From the NCBI GenBank assembly GCA_002269645.1, contig NIVC01000991.1, forward strand, positions 186,001 to 250,000: 64,000 bases of DNA, in the 5' to 3' direction. The notes below the pieces were generated by a model, which worked only from the letters and a program-made list of their open reading frames with translations, ran no database searches and was not told the DNA's origin. The position numbers and the translations under genes were made by a program. Source of the stretch: Macrostomum lignano. Lineage: Eukaryota. Shown piece by piece: positions 1-11,823 of this stretch (position 1 is the stretch's first letter; every line of letters starts with the position of its first letter).

Positions 1-862
1 CGGCTTGTTGTTCCATCACTTCCCGCAACCAATTTTCCTCGGGCCGAGATGACTTGGCGTCGTGTTGCACCCCAGTGGGCGTCTGACTGTCGTCATCCTC
101 GAGGACCCGAACGTGTCTCGCTGCTGGCGGCGGTGCTACTCGCTGAGCCAGGCTAGCTGCTGTCTCTAGGCGTAGCACAGCCCTTCTCGCGGCGGTCAGA
201 CTCGGCGGCCGTACCAGGATTAGCTGCTCTCTGGCTGACTGGGCGATTCGCACCCCCACGGTGAACTGGTCCACTAGCTCGGCCTGCTTCTGAACCGGGG
301 TGAAGTGTGGAAATGCTCTATCAGCCAGAGCAATTAGCCGATCTCCGTAGTCGTCAACGCTCTCATTCTTGCCTTGCTGGCAGGACCGGAATTGCTCGCG
401 ATACTCCAGCGTGTCGGCCACGTGCGTGAAGCGCTCAGACAATCGCTGTTTGAACTCGTTGAACGTCAGATTGTCTGGCAGCTCCATCCTGACGACTGCG
501 GGATAGGTTGTGGCGATGTCCAAGTTTACTAGGACTTCCGCCTTCTTACGTCTGTCGTCCACGATCCCGTTGAGCTCGCAACGCTCCTCGAGAGCTTGGA
601 TCCAGACGTCAAAGTCCTGGTTCGGGGTGTACCGCTGAATCTTGACCGGTTTCGGCGCTGGAGCTCGGTCAGGCTGTTGGGGCGGCTGATACACGTGATG
701 ATGGTGTTGCGGCTGTCCCAAGTTGGCCTGCTCCAGGCGCCGGCGCACCTCTTCGGTCACCGCACGGATCATCTCGTCGTACGTCGGTCTCGTCGCTGAA
801 TTGTCGGGGCCTGCGGCGTCAGCTGTCGCGTCCGCGGCCGTTGAATTAGTAGTTGAAGCCAT
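1..862 (-). CDS. gag: Gag polyprotein of an LTR retrotransposon (Ty3/Gypsy-like), runs off the window start
   Basis: Hand translation from ATG at 862-860: MASTTNSTAADATADAAGPDN...KIQRYTPNQDFDVWIQALEERCELNGI...FKQRLSERF...YREQFRSCQQGKNESVDDYGDRLIALADRAF...; no stop to position 1 (hence absent from the ORF track). QxxxESVxxY motif is typical of retrotransposon gag. Confidence 0.85.
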   Translation of the reverse strand, partial: MASTTNSTAADATADAAGPDNSATRPTYDEMIRAVTEEVRRRLEQANLGQPQHHHHVYQPPQQPDRAPAPKPVKIQRYTPNQDFDVWIQALEERCELNGIVDDRRKKAEVLVNLDIATTYPAVVRMELPDNLTFNEFKQRLSERFTHVADTLEYREQFRSCQQGKNESVDDYGDRLIALADRAFPHFTPVQKQAELVDQFTVGVRIAQSAREQLILVRPPSLTAARRAVLRLETAASLAQRVAPPPAARHVRVLEDDDSQTPTGVQHDAKSSRPEENWLREVMEQQA

Positions 863-907
863 AACGTAGATTCTGAACGACTCGTCGAATGGGTTTTGGC
901 GTTTCGT

Positions 908-928
908 AATCCCACTTAGCTGACACCA
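908..928 (-). promoter_or_regulatory. Primer-binding site, tRNA-Leu-like
   Basis: Minus strand TGGTGTCAGCTAAGTGGGATT lies 1 nt after the LTR end; resembles the complement of the tRNA-Leu 3' end (TGGTGTCAGAAGTGGGAT). Confidence 0.7.
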
Positions 929-929
929 G

Positions 930-1951
930 TGAGGTGGGGGGGAGAAAAGAAAAATTTATTGTCTTATTGAGCTTGGAGCGGTTTTCTTTAAACTTTAAGC
1001 TGCCGCCTTCGTGATCTTCGGCACTTGTAAAGCCGGAAAAATTTGCAGAAAAATCGGACGCTTTTCTCCTGTTTTACTCCGACTGCCGGGTTCCTCAGGT
1101 CCGGGGGGAGGGTAGGCGTAATCGTAGCAGAGCGGTCGTTAGAGCGGCACGGTCGTTCAGATGGTAGACACCGTAGATTTCGACACCGTAGAATTTACGC
1201 GTTGAATGTGCTGGTCGGCTTACTTTCAGTAGGGTAGAGCTGCCACCACCGTAATTTACGTATTACGGAACGTTGAAGTCTCAGACTTTCTTTGAGTTGA
1301 GAACTTGTTGTTTTACGCCCCACGGGCAAATAACTTAATATAGACTAACGAGGCTTCAGTTAATTATTAGGAAAATTAATAGCCGACTGTTTACGGTTTT
1401 ATTAAGTAGACAAACGGTAGTAATTAAGTGTTGATGCGACAGAGAGCTAGTTACGATCGATGAAATGGATCCGGCGTGCCGGGGTGCTAAACTAACAGCT
1501 AATTAAAAGTTAAACTCAAAAGGATGAGTGGAGGAGAAACTAAACAGTAAAAGTTAGAAAAGTTAGGAAAACAAAAGTTAGGAAAAACAGGTTAGTAAAC
1601 GCTGCGATATCGCATTGACTAAATAGTACACGGAGAAGTTAGGACACAAGTTGGGGTGAACAAAGGCCAACGCTGGGATCAGTTACGGGATCCAGCGGTG
1701 GTGCATCGATTGGAAAAACAAAAATTGAACAAAAAAATAAGCAAAGTAAATTAGGCACGGGGGTGGGGCAACAGAAGGGACCACAGACGGGGAAAGGACA
1801 AACCACACAAGGGCGCAACCGCGGGACCAACCAAAGGGGCAAACCCGGGAACGAAAGATGGCGGGACACGTCATTTCGCACCTCATGGTGGACAAAATGG
1901 GCCTAACCCGGGGACAAAACAAAAAACACCGGTGGTAGCCCACCTACCACA
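930..1951 (-). mobile_element. 5' LTR (~1.02 kb) of the Gypsy-like element
   Basis: Minus strand starts TGTGGTAGG (1951) and ends CCACCTCA (930), i.e. TG...CA; AATAAA near its 3' end (plus tttatt 955-960); immediately followed by the PBS and gag. Confidence 0.7.
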
Positions 1952-3371
1952 CTATATTCTTTGTAACGAAAAACAATGGGAAAATCATGATAAAATAAAA
2001 AATTCTTTGTTTTTATTCTATGTATGCCTTTTTCAATAATGTACTATCGATTAATTGCAAAAAAAACATTTCTAAGCCGTACTTTTTGTTTTATTGTATT
2101 TAGCTGACATTTAAATTTATTGCGTGGAAGAAACGCGCGTGTCCTGTCTGAAATAATTTAACACATCGATAGCGGAATTTCGCTGAGTTTGTTTTTTCAT
2201 CATAAAAAAATTTTCTGCTAGAATTTTTTGACAGGAAATTTTGCAACTTATCCGTCAGCAGCCTTAAAATCCGCTTCGTGATGCCTCGAGTCGAAACTTG
2301 GTGAATTGAAGCTGCGGTGCTGGTCTTCCAAATTAACATGAAATTTCGAAAGGATGCTTTTATCAAGGACCACTGTATATAGATATATACATGCAGTGGT
2401 CCTTGTCTTTTATATATCGCCTGTTCATGTGTACACTTTAGGCGTTTTGTGTTTTGTAAAATACATGATTTTCAAGACCAAATGCAAATGTTTACAGGAA
2501 ACTTGCGAACACAAAAGAAGCAGAGCTGGTCGTAACCCTAGAGTGAAAAGTTCCATATACATTATACAGTATATACTTGTGTACTGTACTACATGTGACT
2601 GTACAGACTGCTACACGTACGTTGTTGCTAATTGAATTCACACTGGGCGAGAGAAATTATGCATTAGCATTTCGGAACAGCTTTAAGATCAAAGCGATAA
2701 GTAAAATTGCAGTCCAGTCACACCTGCCCTTAATGATTGACTTGATTAAGGCAATTGACTTGAAATACCTATGCTAATTCCCACTGGTTTTATTTATTTT
2801 GGCCGTAAGCAGCCTGAGGATGCAAATATATGTATGCACATGTATCTTGGCCGAGGCAAAGCTTAATAAAAATATTTATTGGCCCGAGAACAAAAGCAGT
2901 TTTGTTTAAACGAAAAAAGACATGCAGAAAACGTAAAATTAAGGTGAAGCAACAACAGCAGATAATTTTGTCATTTTGGAATTGAACGCCACAGTTGCCT
3001 ATATGCATTAGTAGAGGTGGCAGTAGCCGTTCCAACAGTAGTAGTGACAGCAGAGACCTAGCTCTAGTGGATCCTAAGTGAGCGACAGAATCTCCACCAG
3101 CTATTCGGCAACTATTACCGCCAGAGATGAGAACCAATTAGCTGCACAAAAACAAAGCTGGTGGAGATTCATTCAGTCAATTCTTATTCGTATTTTAATA
3201 ATTCTAGTGTCGCGCTTTATCCAAGTTGCAAATTCAACTCAGAATTGTCGTCATATCATCGCATGATGCCAACTCGAAAACTCTAAATCCGGCGCTGTTT
3301 GTCGCCTTGAACCACTGCAGGAACAGGTTAGCGTAAATATCCATCATGTACGGCAAAAGTTAAGTCAAAAA

Positions 3372-3743
3372 GGGTCCATGAGAAATGCCCGTAGACGAAT
3401 TGCCCGCCGAGATTTGCCCGCCGAGGATTGCCCGCCGAGATTTGCCCGCAGTGCAATTTGCCCGCGAGTGAATTGCCCGCGAGCGAGTTGCCCGCCGAGT
3501 TTTTTTCCGCCGAGGTTTGCCCTCAATGCTTTTTTACTGCAGCTAGATATTCTGTCTACATTGCCCCCCCCCCACCAAACTATGCATTTAATTGATATGC
3601 AGTTGCAGGAAAAAAGCATTGCGGGCAAACTTCGGCGAGAAAATATGGCGGGCAACTCGCTCGCGGGCAATTCACTCGCGGGCAAATTGCACTGCGGGCA
3701 AATCTCGGCGGGCAATTCGTCTGCGGGCATTTCTCGTGCTCCC
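3372..3743. mobile_element. Foldback/MITE-type non-autonomous DNA transposon with long TIRs
   Basis: Left GGGTCCATGAGAAATGCCCGTAGACGAATTGCCCGCCGAGATTTGCCCG matches the reverse complement of the right end GGGAGCACGAGAAATGCCCGCAGACGAATTGCCCGCCGAGATTTGCCCG; arms built of TTGCCCGC repeats; no clear TSD. Confidence 0.8.
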
Positions 3744-4046
3744 GTCTTCAAAAAAGTCGTCAACTATACTCATTTTATTTTTTAGTTGGTTGAAGTCTCA
3801 AGAACGTCGCAGTATTTCGTCAAACTGAGTGATAAATTCAAGCGCGCATCCCCACTGGCTTCATTTATCTATGGCTGTAAGGGTTACGTCAAAAAACGAC
3901 TGGAGAAATAACATACACATCTGTGGCCTAAACTTGTCTATATAAGACTTGAGATGCAGGTTCTACGAGCGTAAAGAGGGACTGCATTACTTTGACAGCT
4001 GCCGGTAGTAAGTTTAGCCAGTGTGCTAATATTTGAGAAAGCCGAT

Positions 4047-5091
4047 ATGATGCAATCAGTTAATGCCAATCGGCTTTGCTTTCTGCTCGCATGGCTGCTA
4101 CTTGCTAGCAGAGAATTTCTCTTCACCAACGCGCTGAGCTGCCTCCAGTCCAACGATCTATTCAAGTTAAGTGAGCTTAACAACGTCATCGCTGGTAAAA
4201 TGGCACCGAAAAAGTGCTCGACTTCCACTTCAACGAAGACATGCTCTGCTGCTTACTCTACGACAAAAACATTTGTGAGTTTTGAGTAATATAGTAACTG
4301 AAATGTTCTGATTGCTCACAGTTACTCTACATGCATTATACTATGTTTTTAGGCTGCAATTTACTTCTGCGGCAACTGCAATTCGCCAGTATTAAAAAAC
4401 TGGACTATCAGACATAACAAGTGCAAGGAATGCACGGCTCAGGGAACGCCCGGATCAGAAAGCTGCATCCCTGATCTTCAGCTTCCAACTATGCTGTCGA
4501 ATTTGCCACAGTGCCCGTATTACAATGAAAATAAAACTAATGTAATCAATGCACTCGATGATTCAATGGTGGTGCACTGCAATGAAAGGAACCGGAAGTG
4601 CGCACGCTTGGAATTTCAAAGCAAATCTTCCGCTGTGAGCGAAACTGGAAACATTCCACTTACCTTTTACTGTACGCTCGTAGAAAAGACTCTGGTTTTG
4701 CATGCATTATAACCTTGCTATTAATTTATTTCTTTGTTTTACTATACATTTGCAGGGCCAGCAACGTGTATGGAGTGGCTGCGAGGAGACTTGCGAATTC
4801 TATAGAAAGCAGTTCCTCGCTAAAAACTATAATAAGCTGTCGTCATGCATGATCTTCGAGCCGATACTTAGCCAGGGAAGCGGAAGCGGAAGTAGAAGCG
4901 GAAGCAGAAGCGGAAGCGGAATAGGAAGCGTAGACATCGGTGAAAGCCTAAGAAAAGTGCGCAGACTCGTCTCAGTCAACGTTACGAGTTCAAACTCAGC
5001 CATAGGAGGTCTACCACAAAAGCAGAGTTGGTGCCAAGTTGCATACAGCCTAGCTGCTGTTGCTGGCTTACTGGTTACAGATCGAATTTAG
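4047..5091 (+). CDS. Secreted Cys-rich protein, probably GPI-anchored (Ly6/uPAR-like topology), 3 exons
   Basis: Exons 4047-4274, 4353-4634, 4756-5091 joined by GT-AG introns, all phase 0, giving one continuous ORF: N-terminal hydrophobic RLCFLLAWLLLASREFLFTNALSC, many Cys (FCGNCNS, KCKEC, VWSGCEETC), GS-rich linker, C-terminal hydrophobic VAYSLAAVAGLLV. Family call is inference. Confidence 0.65.
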
Positions 5092-5566
5092 TGTCTGACA
5101 ATCGGAGATTACAGAACGCTTACACCTTGTGGATTTAGTTGCATGGGCGTTCATTCGAACGTTGAACTACAATTTAACTTACTTTTTATATCGAGCGCAA
5201 AAAAAGGCTTTAATATTTTTTCAATTATTTTACTCAAAGCCTAGAATTTAATTTTGCTTCAGCTTTCTACCGTTCACAGCTTTGAAGTGTAGCTCGTATG
5301 GTGGTGTCACTGCAGAGATTCTAGGTAAAGTGTACTTTAGAAAAAAATAAATAGCACTGTCGTTTGTGTCAATAACTGTCATAAATATGACGCCGCTTTT
5401 GTGCTAATTGAGTTTTCGAATAATCCAGAATCAATCATATAGATACATAAAAATGCCAACGCAATTCGTTTGCATTAGTTGAGTTCTGACAATCTGGACC
5501 ATAGAATAAAGGCGAATCTTGCTATTAACTCAATATTGGCTGCAAGCAGCAAAAGCTTAACTGGAC

Positions 5567-5616
5567 AATTTGGGGCTAAACTGGAATCTCGTCTTGACTC
5601 TGTTCGTGCACTTAAC
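5567..5616 (+). repeat. Dispersed repeat fragment shared with 57557-57606 (probable SINE body)
   Basis: AATTTGGGGCTAAACTGGAATCTCGTCTTGACTCTGTTCGTGCACTTAAC vs AAATTTGGGGGCTAAACTGGAATCTCGGCCAGGCTCTGCTCGTGCAATTAAC. Confidence 0.6.
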
Positions 5617-6039
5617 ACCCTAAGTTATAACCAATGCATCGATAGATGTACTGACGACGACGAATCTGAATTGAGCCTTCTCCGCAAATAATTACACTAC
5701 AGAAATTATGTCGCAACCACCTACCTAAAATGACTTCATTTTTGTCAGCTACATTATATCAAAAGTCCTTACGGTCAGACAGACAAACGACACAACAAAT
5801 ATAGTATTGGTGAATAGCAATCTAGTGCCCCCCTTCGGGGCGCGCAATAAGCAAGGAGCAAAAAGTATTCATAGAAAACAATTAAAAAAGCACCTTTTCT
5901 TAAGAACCAATTTCTTCTTCAGTTTTATAAATCACCCTTATTCGAGTACAATTGTCACAGACAAAGATGTTTACAATGAATCTCTTTCTCTTTTTCTAAA
6001 ATTAACAAAAAGACAATAAGTTTTCACAAAGATAACAGA

Positions 6040-6948
6040 CATTCCCCCTAAATAGAAAACATCCCCAAGACAGCAAGCATCCCCCCCAGATAGCAAGCAT
6101 CCTGCAGATAGCAAGCATCCTGCAGATAGCAAGCATCCTGCAGATAGCAAGCATCCTGCAGATAGCAAGCATCCTGCAGACAGCAAGCATCCCCCCAGAT
6201 AGCAAGCATCCTGCAGATAGCAAGAATCATCTAGATAGCAAGCATCCTGCAGACAGCAAGCATCCCCCCAGATAGAAAGCATCCCTCCAGATAGTAAGCA
6301 TCCCCCCAGATAGCAAGCATCCCCCCAGACAGCAAGCATCATCCAGATAGCAAGCATCCTGCAGACACCAAGCATCCTGCAGATAGCAAGCATCCTGCAG
6401 ATAGCAAGCATCCCCCCAGATAGCAAGCACCCCTCCAGATAGCAAGCATTCCCCCAGATAGCAAGCATCCCCCCAGATAGCAAGCATCCCCCCAGATAGC
6501 AAGCATCCCCCCAGATAGCAAGCATCCCTCCAGATAGCAAGCATCCCCCCAGATAGCAAGCATCCCCCAGATAGCAAGCATTCCCCAGATAGCAAGCATC
6601 CCCCAGATAGCAAGCATCCCCCAGATAGCAAGCATCCCCCAGATAGCAAGCATTCCCCCAGATAGCAAGCATTCCCCCAGATAGCAAGCATCCCCCAGAT
6701 AGCAAGCATCCCCCAGATAGCAAGCATCCCCCAGATAGCAAGCATCCCCCAGATAGCAAGCATCCCCCAGATAGCAAGCATCCCCCAGATAGCAAGCATC
6801 CCCCAGATAGCAAGCATCCCCCAGATAGCAAGCATCCCCCAGATAGCAAGCATCCCCCCAGATAGCAAGCATCCCCCCAGATAGCAAGCATCCCCCCAGA
6901 TAGCAAGCATCCTCCCAGATAGCAAGCATCCCCCCAGATAGCAAGCAT
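6040..6948. repeat. Minisatellite family A (18-19 bp, GATAGCAAGCATCCCCC(C)A)
   Basis: Direct tandem repeat; explains ORFs 5971-6978 etc. Confidence 0.95.
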
Positions 6949-7710
6949 CAGCCTTTCGCAAGCATTAGCCTTTCGCAAGCATTAGCCTTTCGCAAGCATT
7001 AGCCTTTCGCAAGCATTAGCCTTTCGCAAGCATTAGCCTTTCGCTAGCATCAGCCTTTCGCAAGCATCAGCCTTTCGCAAGCATTAGCCTTTCGCAAGCA
7101 TTAGCCTTTCGCAAGCATTAGCCTTTCGCAAGCATTAGCCTTTCGCAAGCATCAGCCTTTCGCAAGCATCAGCCTTTCGCAAGCATCAACCTTTTGCAAG
7201 CATCAACCTTTCGCAAGCATCAGCCTTTCGCAAGCATCAGCCTTTCGCAAGCATCAACCTTTCGCAAGCATCAGCCTTTCGCAAGCATCAGCCTTTCGCA
7301 AGCATCAGCCTTTCGCAAGCATCAACCTTTCGCAAGCATTAGCCTTTCGCTAGCATCAGCCTTTCGCAAGCATCAGCCTTTCGCAAGCATTAGCCTTTCG
7401 CAAGCATTAGCCTTTCGCAAGCATTAGCCTTTCGCAAGCATTAGCCTTTCGCAAGCATCAGCCTTTCGCAAGCATCAGCCTTTCGCAAGCATCAACCTTT
7501 TGCAAGCATCAACCTTTCGCAAGCATCAGCCTTTCGCAAGCATCAGCCTTTCGCAAGCATCAGCCTTTCGCAAGCATCAACCTTTTGCAAGCATCAGCCT
7601 TTCGCAAGCATCAACCTTTCGCAAGCATTAGCCTTTCGCAAGCATCAGCCTTTCGCAAGCATCAACCTTTCGCAAGCATCAACCTTTCGCAAGCATCAAC
7701 CTTTCGCAAG
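6949..7710. repeat. Minisatellite family B (17 bp, GCAAGCATCAGCCTTTC)
   Basis: Direct tandem repeat abutting family A. Confidence 0.95.
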
Positions 7711-8534
7711 TAGACTGCGAAAGGCTGACAGACAGAAAAAAAGTACGGGTGACTTTTAGTATTATTTAGATCAGATAAAATTATACTACGCTCGTAGATT
7801 AGATAGCGCTGAGCACTGTTGACTTCTGGTTTCGCGTTGGAAAGTTTAACATGTTGCTGAGTGTAAAACAACAACGGAGTCTATGTAGACTCAAAACGAG
7901 TGTTTTTAAACAGCCCGATCATCCGGCTTTTCACTCTGATCAGCGTGACCATCCTAAGTTCAAAGGGTAACCGATATGCTCATTAACACAGCAAACCCAA
8001 ATGAAGGAAACAAACAGTTGGTTGCAGAATTAAATTTAAGTGACACTGCGTAGACAAACTACTGTAACAAGTGTAGTTGCTCTATTTTTTACAGCTTTAA
8101 TTGCCAGTGATATATCTGGCTTTTTTAGACTATCTCCTGGTGACCGTATATATAAGTGTAAAAAGGTAGATCGGAACACAAGGTACATGTAAAGAGTCAA
8201 TCGTCATTAAAATTTCGCACATGAAGATGTAATGACTTCAATGAAACGAATTAAAGAAAATTTGGCTGTCTCGAATGTTTCGAATGAGTATTGATAATCA
8301 TCAATTGCTATACATTACAGTATAAACCTCTATCGAAGTGATGCCTTCATAAAATATGTACAGTATGTGGAATAAAATCGTCAGATATGGAAGAAAAAGC
8401 GTAAGAAAATATTATGGAAAAGTTATTCAATTCTGGCACTGCGTTAATATTGTAAAAATCAGGTACTGAAGATCATTCATAGTTATTAAAAATAGCGATC
8501 ATGTCCAGTACTCTATTGAAAAGTTCACTCAAAT

Positions 8535-10217
8535 AACCCCAATCCCACACTGTCAAACACTCTAATCAGTATCGATCCCATACTGTCAAACACTCTAGTC
8601 AGCACCAATCCCACACTGTCAAACACTCTCTAGTCAGCACCAATCCCACACTGTCAAACACTCTCTAGTCAGCCTCAATCCCACACTGTCAAACACTCTA
8701 GTCAGCACCAATCCCACACTGTCAAACACTCTCTAGTCAGCCTCAATCCCACACTGTCAAACACTCTAGTCAGCACCAATCCCACACTGTCAAACACTCT
8801 CTAGTCAGCACCAATCCCACACTGTCAAACACTCTCTAGTCAGCACCAATCCCACACTGTCAAACACTCTCTAGTCAGCACCAATCCCACACTGTCAAAC
8901 ACTCTCTAGTCAGCACCAATCCCACACTGTCAAACACTCTCTAGTCAGCACCAATCCCACACTGTCAAACACTCTCTAGTCAGCACCAATCCCACACTGT
9001 CAAACACTCTCTAGTCAGCACCAATCCCACACTGCCAAACACTCTCTAGTCAGCACCAATCCCATACTGTCAAACACTCTAGTCAGCACCAATCCCACAC
9101 TGTCAAACACTCTAGTCAGCACCAATCCCACACTGTCAAACACTCTAGTCAGCACCAATCCCACACTGTCAAACACTCTCTAGTCAGCACCAATCCCATA
9201 CTGTCAAACACTCTAGTCAGCACCAATCCCACACTGTCAAACACTCTAGTCAGCACCAATCCCACACTGTCAAACACTCTAGTCAGCACCAATCCCACAC
9301 TGTCAAACACTCTAGTCAGCACCAATCCCACACTGTCAAACACTCTAGTCAGCACCAATCCAACACTGTCAAACACTCTCTAGTCAGCACCAATCCCACA
9401 CTGTCAAACACTCTAGTCAGCACCAATCCCACACTGTCAAACACTCTAGTCAGCACCAATCCCACACTGTCAAACACTCTAGTCAGCACCAATCCCACAC
9501 TGTCAAACACTCTAGTCAGCACCAATCCCACACTGTCAAACACTCTAGTCAGCACCAATCCCACACTGTCAAACACTCTAGTCAGCACCAATCCCACACT
9601 GTCAAACACTCTAGTCAGCACCAATCCCACACTGTCAAACACTCTAGTCAGCACCAATCCCACACTGTCAAACACTCTCTAGTCAGCACCAATCCCACAC
9701 TGTCAAACACTCTAGTCAGCACCAATCCCACACTGTCAAACACTCTAGTCAGCACCAATCCCACACTGTCAAACACTCTCTAGTCAGCACCAATCCCATA
9801 CTGTCAAACACTCTAGTCAGCACCAATCCCACACTGTCAAACACTCTAGTCAGCACCAATCCCACACTGTCAAACACTCTAGTCAGCACCAATCCCACAC
9901 TGTCAAACATTCTAGTCAGCACCAATCCCACACTGTCAAACACTCTCTAGTCAGCACCAATCCCATACTGTCAAACACTCTCTAGTCAGCACCAATCCCA
10001 CACTGTCAAACACTCTAGTCAGCACCAATCCCACACTGTCAAACACTCTAGTCAGCACCAATCCCACACTGTCAAACACTCTAGTCAGCACCAATCCCAC
10101 ACTGTCAAACACTCTAGTCAGCACCAATCCCACACTGTCAAACACTCTAATCAGTATCGATCCCATACTGTCAAACACTCTCTAGTCAGCACCAATCCCA
10201 CACTGTCAAACACTCTA
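8535..10217. repeat. Minisatellite, 33/35 bp (AGTCAGCACCAATCCCACACTGTCAAACACTCT(CT))
   Basis: About 50 tandem units directly downstream of the kinase. Confidence 0.95.
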
Positions 10218-11251
10218 GCAAGCCAGAAACCGGTGCCTCAGCAGCTCGCTCGCACTCGGTCTATCTCCGGGCTGCTGCTGAACGCACACCCGATAGAAGT
10301 CCCGCAGCGAGCTGGCCACAGATCCCGGCAGCTGCGGCATGGGCTTGCTGGAGATGAGTATCGCCAAGCGGAACATCTGCCTGACGTCGGAATTCGGCGG
10401 ACTGCCTGTGGCCATCTCGAACGCAGTGCAGCCGACAGCCCATACGTCGGTCTTGGCGGTGTACACGACAGCGTCCTCAGCTGTGAGGATCTCTGGCGCC
10501 ATGAAGTGCGGAGTGCCGCACTGCTGGTGAGTCACCATCTGCGACGTGGCGATCTCGCGAGCGAATCCGAAGTCGATCAGCTTCACCGTGCCAGAGTAGG
10601 TCAGCATCAGGTTGGACGACTTGATGTCGCGGTGGAGAATCGGGCGGGCCAGACCGTGCAAGTGGGACAGCGCTGAGCACGTCTGCAAACGTAGATTGAG
10701 ACTGGCTCGAATGAGTTGCAATCAAGCATGAGCAATGCATCGGAATCGGCCTAATCAGCACAGAAACGCACCTGTCCGATGAACTTGCGAATTCCGTCCT
10801 CATCGATGGGAGTTCCCCGACGCGTCATCAGTTGCTCGATGGTACAGCCGGAGAGCAGCTCGCAGAAGATGAAGTACTTGCCGGACTGCTCCTCGGCTCT
10901 GAGGAAACGAACTACGTTTCTGTGTCGGACGGTGCTGAGCAGCTCCAGAGCTCGCCTCTCCATCTCGAAAATTTTCCGCTGCGCCTCCGGAGTCATCTGC
11001 ATCAGCGGCTTGATGACCTTGACGGCTACAAACTGGTGCCGGTCAGTGATGGCCTGGAACACCTTGCCAAATCCGCCGGATCCGATGACCTTCTTCTTGT
11101 TGTCCTCGAGAACAAAGTCCCAGGTGGTAAAACTGGCGTCCATTTCAGGTGCATCGTCGACCGGCGACTGCCGTGGTGACTGCTGTGGCGGTGGCGACGG
11201 CTGCCGCTGCGGCCTTCTTGGTGGATCGGGTGACACAGCCTCAGGTGCGGC
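10215..11251 (-). CDS. Ser/Thr protein kinase (STE/MAP3K-like catalytic domain)
   Basis: Exons ~11251-10772 and 10682-10215 with an 89-bp GT-AG phase-0 intron; motifs GSGGFGKV, VAVK, HRDIKSSN, DFG, GTPHFMAPE, DVWAVGC, RPSASELL all intact. Start uncertain (acceptor at 11252 or internal M). Confidence 0.92.
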
Positions 11252-11435
11252 CTTCACAGTTTAGTTTGTGAGTGACTTTTCGACAACTGTTTGTGTTTTG
11301 GTATCTGGAAAAGCTACTGACTAGAGGCTTAAGCCGTCATCTAATAGCTACTCGAAAGCTGCAATTTCTGAGCCATGATAACAAGTTTTTTTCTGCTACT
11401 AAAAGAAATCTATAGCACAGTGAAAACGTCCTCAC

Positions 11436-11620
11436 ATCTGCATGCAGCCTCTTGAACGCCTCGATGAAGCACGCCAGCTCCGGAGTTCGCTGAGCAGCTT
11501 TGACGCCGGCTGCTGAAACTCGACCGCCGAGGTTTCTGTCCAGGCCCTTAATCGTTGTCGCGAATGGAAGGTCAAGTGAGGGCAGATATATATTCGATGC
11601 AGATGCAAATGAATAAACTG
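11436..11620 (-). other. Possible coding exon between the ARM-like ORF and the kinase
   Basis: Open frame ...LPSLDLPFATTIKGLDRNLGGRVSAAGVKAAQRTPELACFIEAFKRLHAD followed by a GTGAGG donor in phase 0; upstream acceptor not resolved. Confidence 0.35.
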
Positions 11621-11823
11621 TTCGTTCAACGCTTCATTAACTCACTGATAAAGTGAGAATACCCACAGCGATTACCTTAGCTAGTAGTAGTTAGTCAAGC
11701 AAGTTTAATGAAAGCTTTACGCCTACAACTAACAACCTATTGGCTAGAATCCTATACGAGCGTAACGAGAAAACTAGAAAAAAACTGCCATGCATCAGCG
11801 GTCGGTCTGCAGTCGTCACTGAC

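Larger units (their letters stand above)
5815..7771 (+). mobile_element. Solo non-autonomous rolling-circle-like (Helentron/HINE-type) element
   Basis: Same head as the array units (ATAGCAATCTAGTGCCCCCCTTCGGGGCGC; near-identical to 26170-26340); two internal minisatellites; ends CAGACAG...TTTTAGTATTATTTAGAT like the other units. Confidence 0.6.

Noticed and set aside
596-1943. Small ORFs 596-799, 1043-1237, 1639-1943
   Set aside because: Antisense to gag or inside the LTR.
5971-7427. Long ORFs (GGCLLSGG, DACYLG, QPFASIS repeats)
   Set aside because: Translations of 17-19-bp minisatellites inside a transposon-like unit; frameshifting units, no unique domain.
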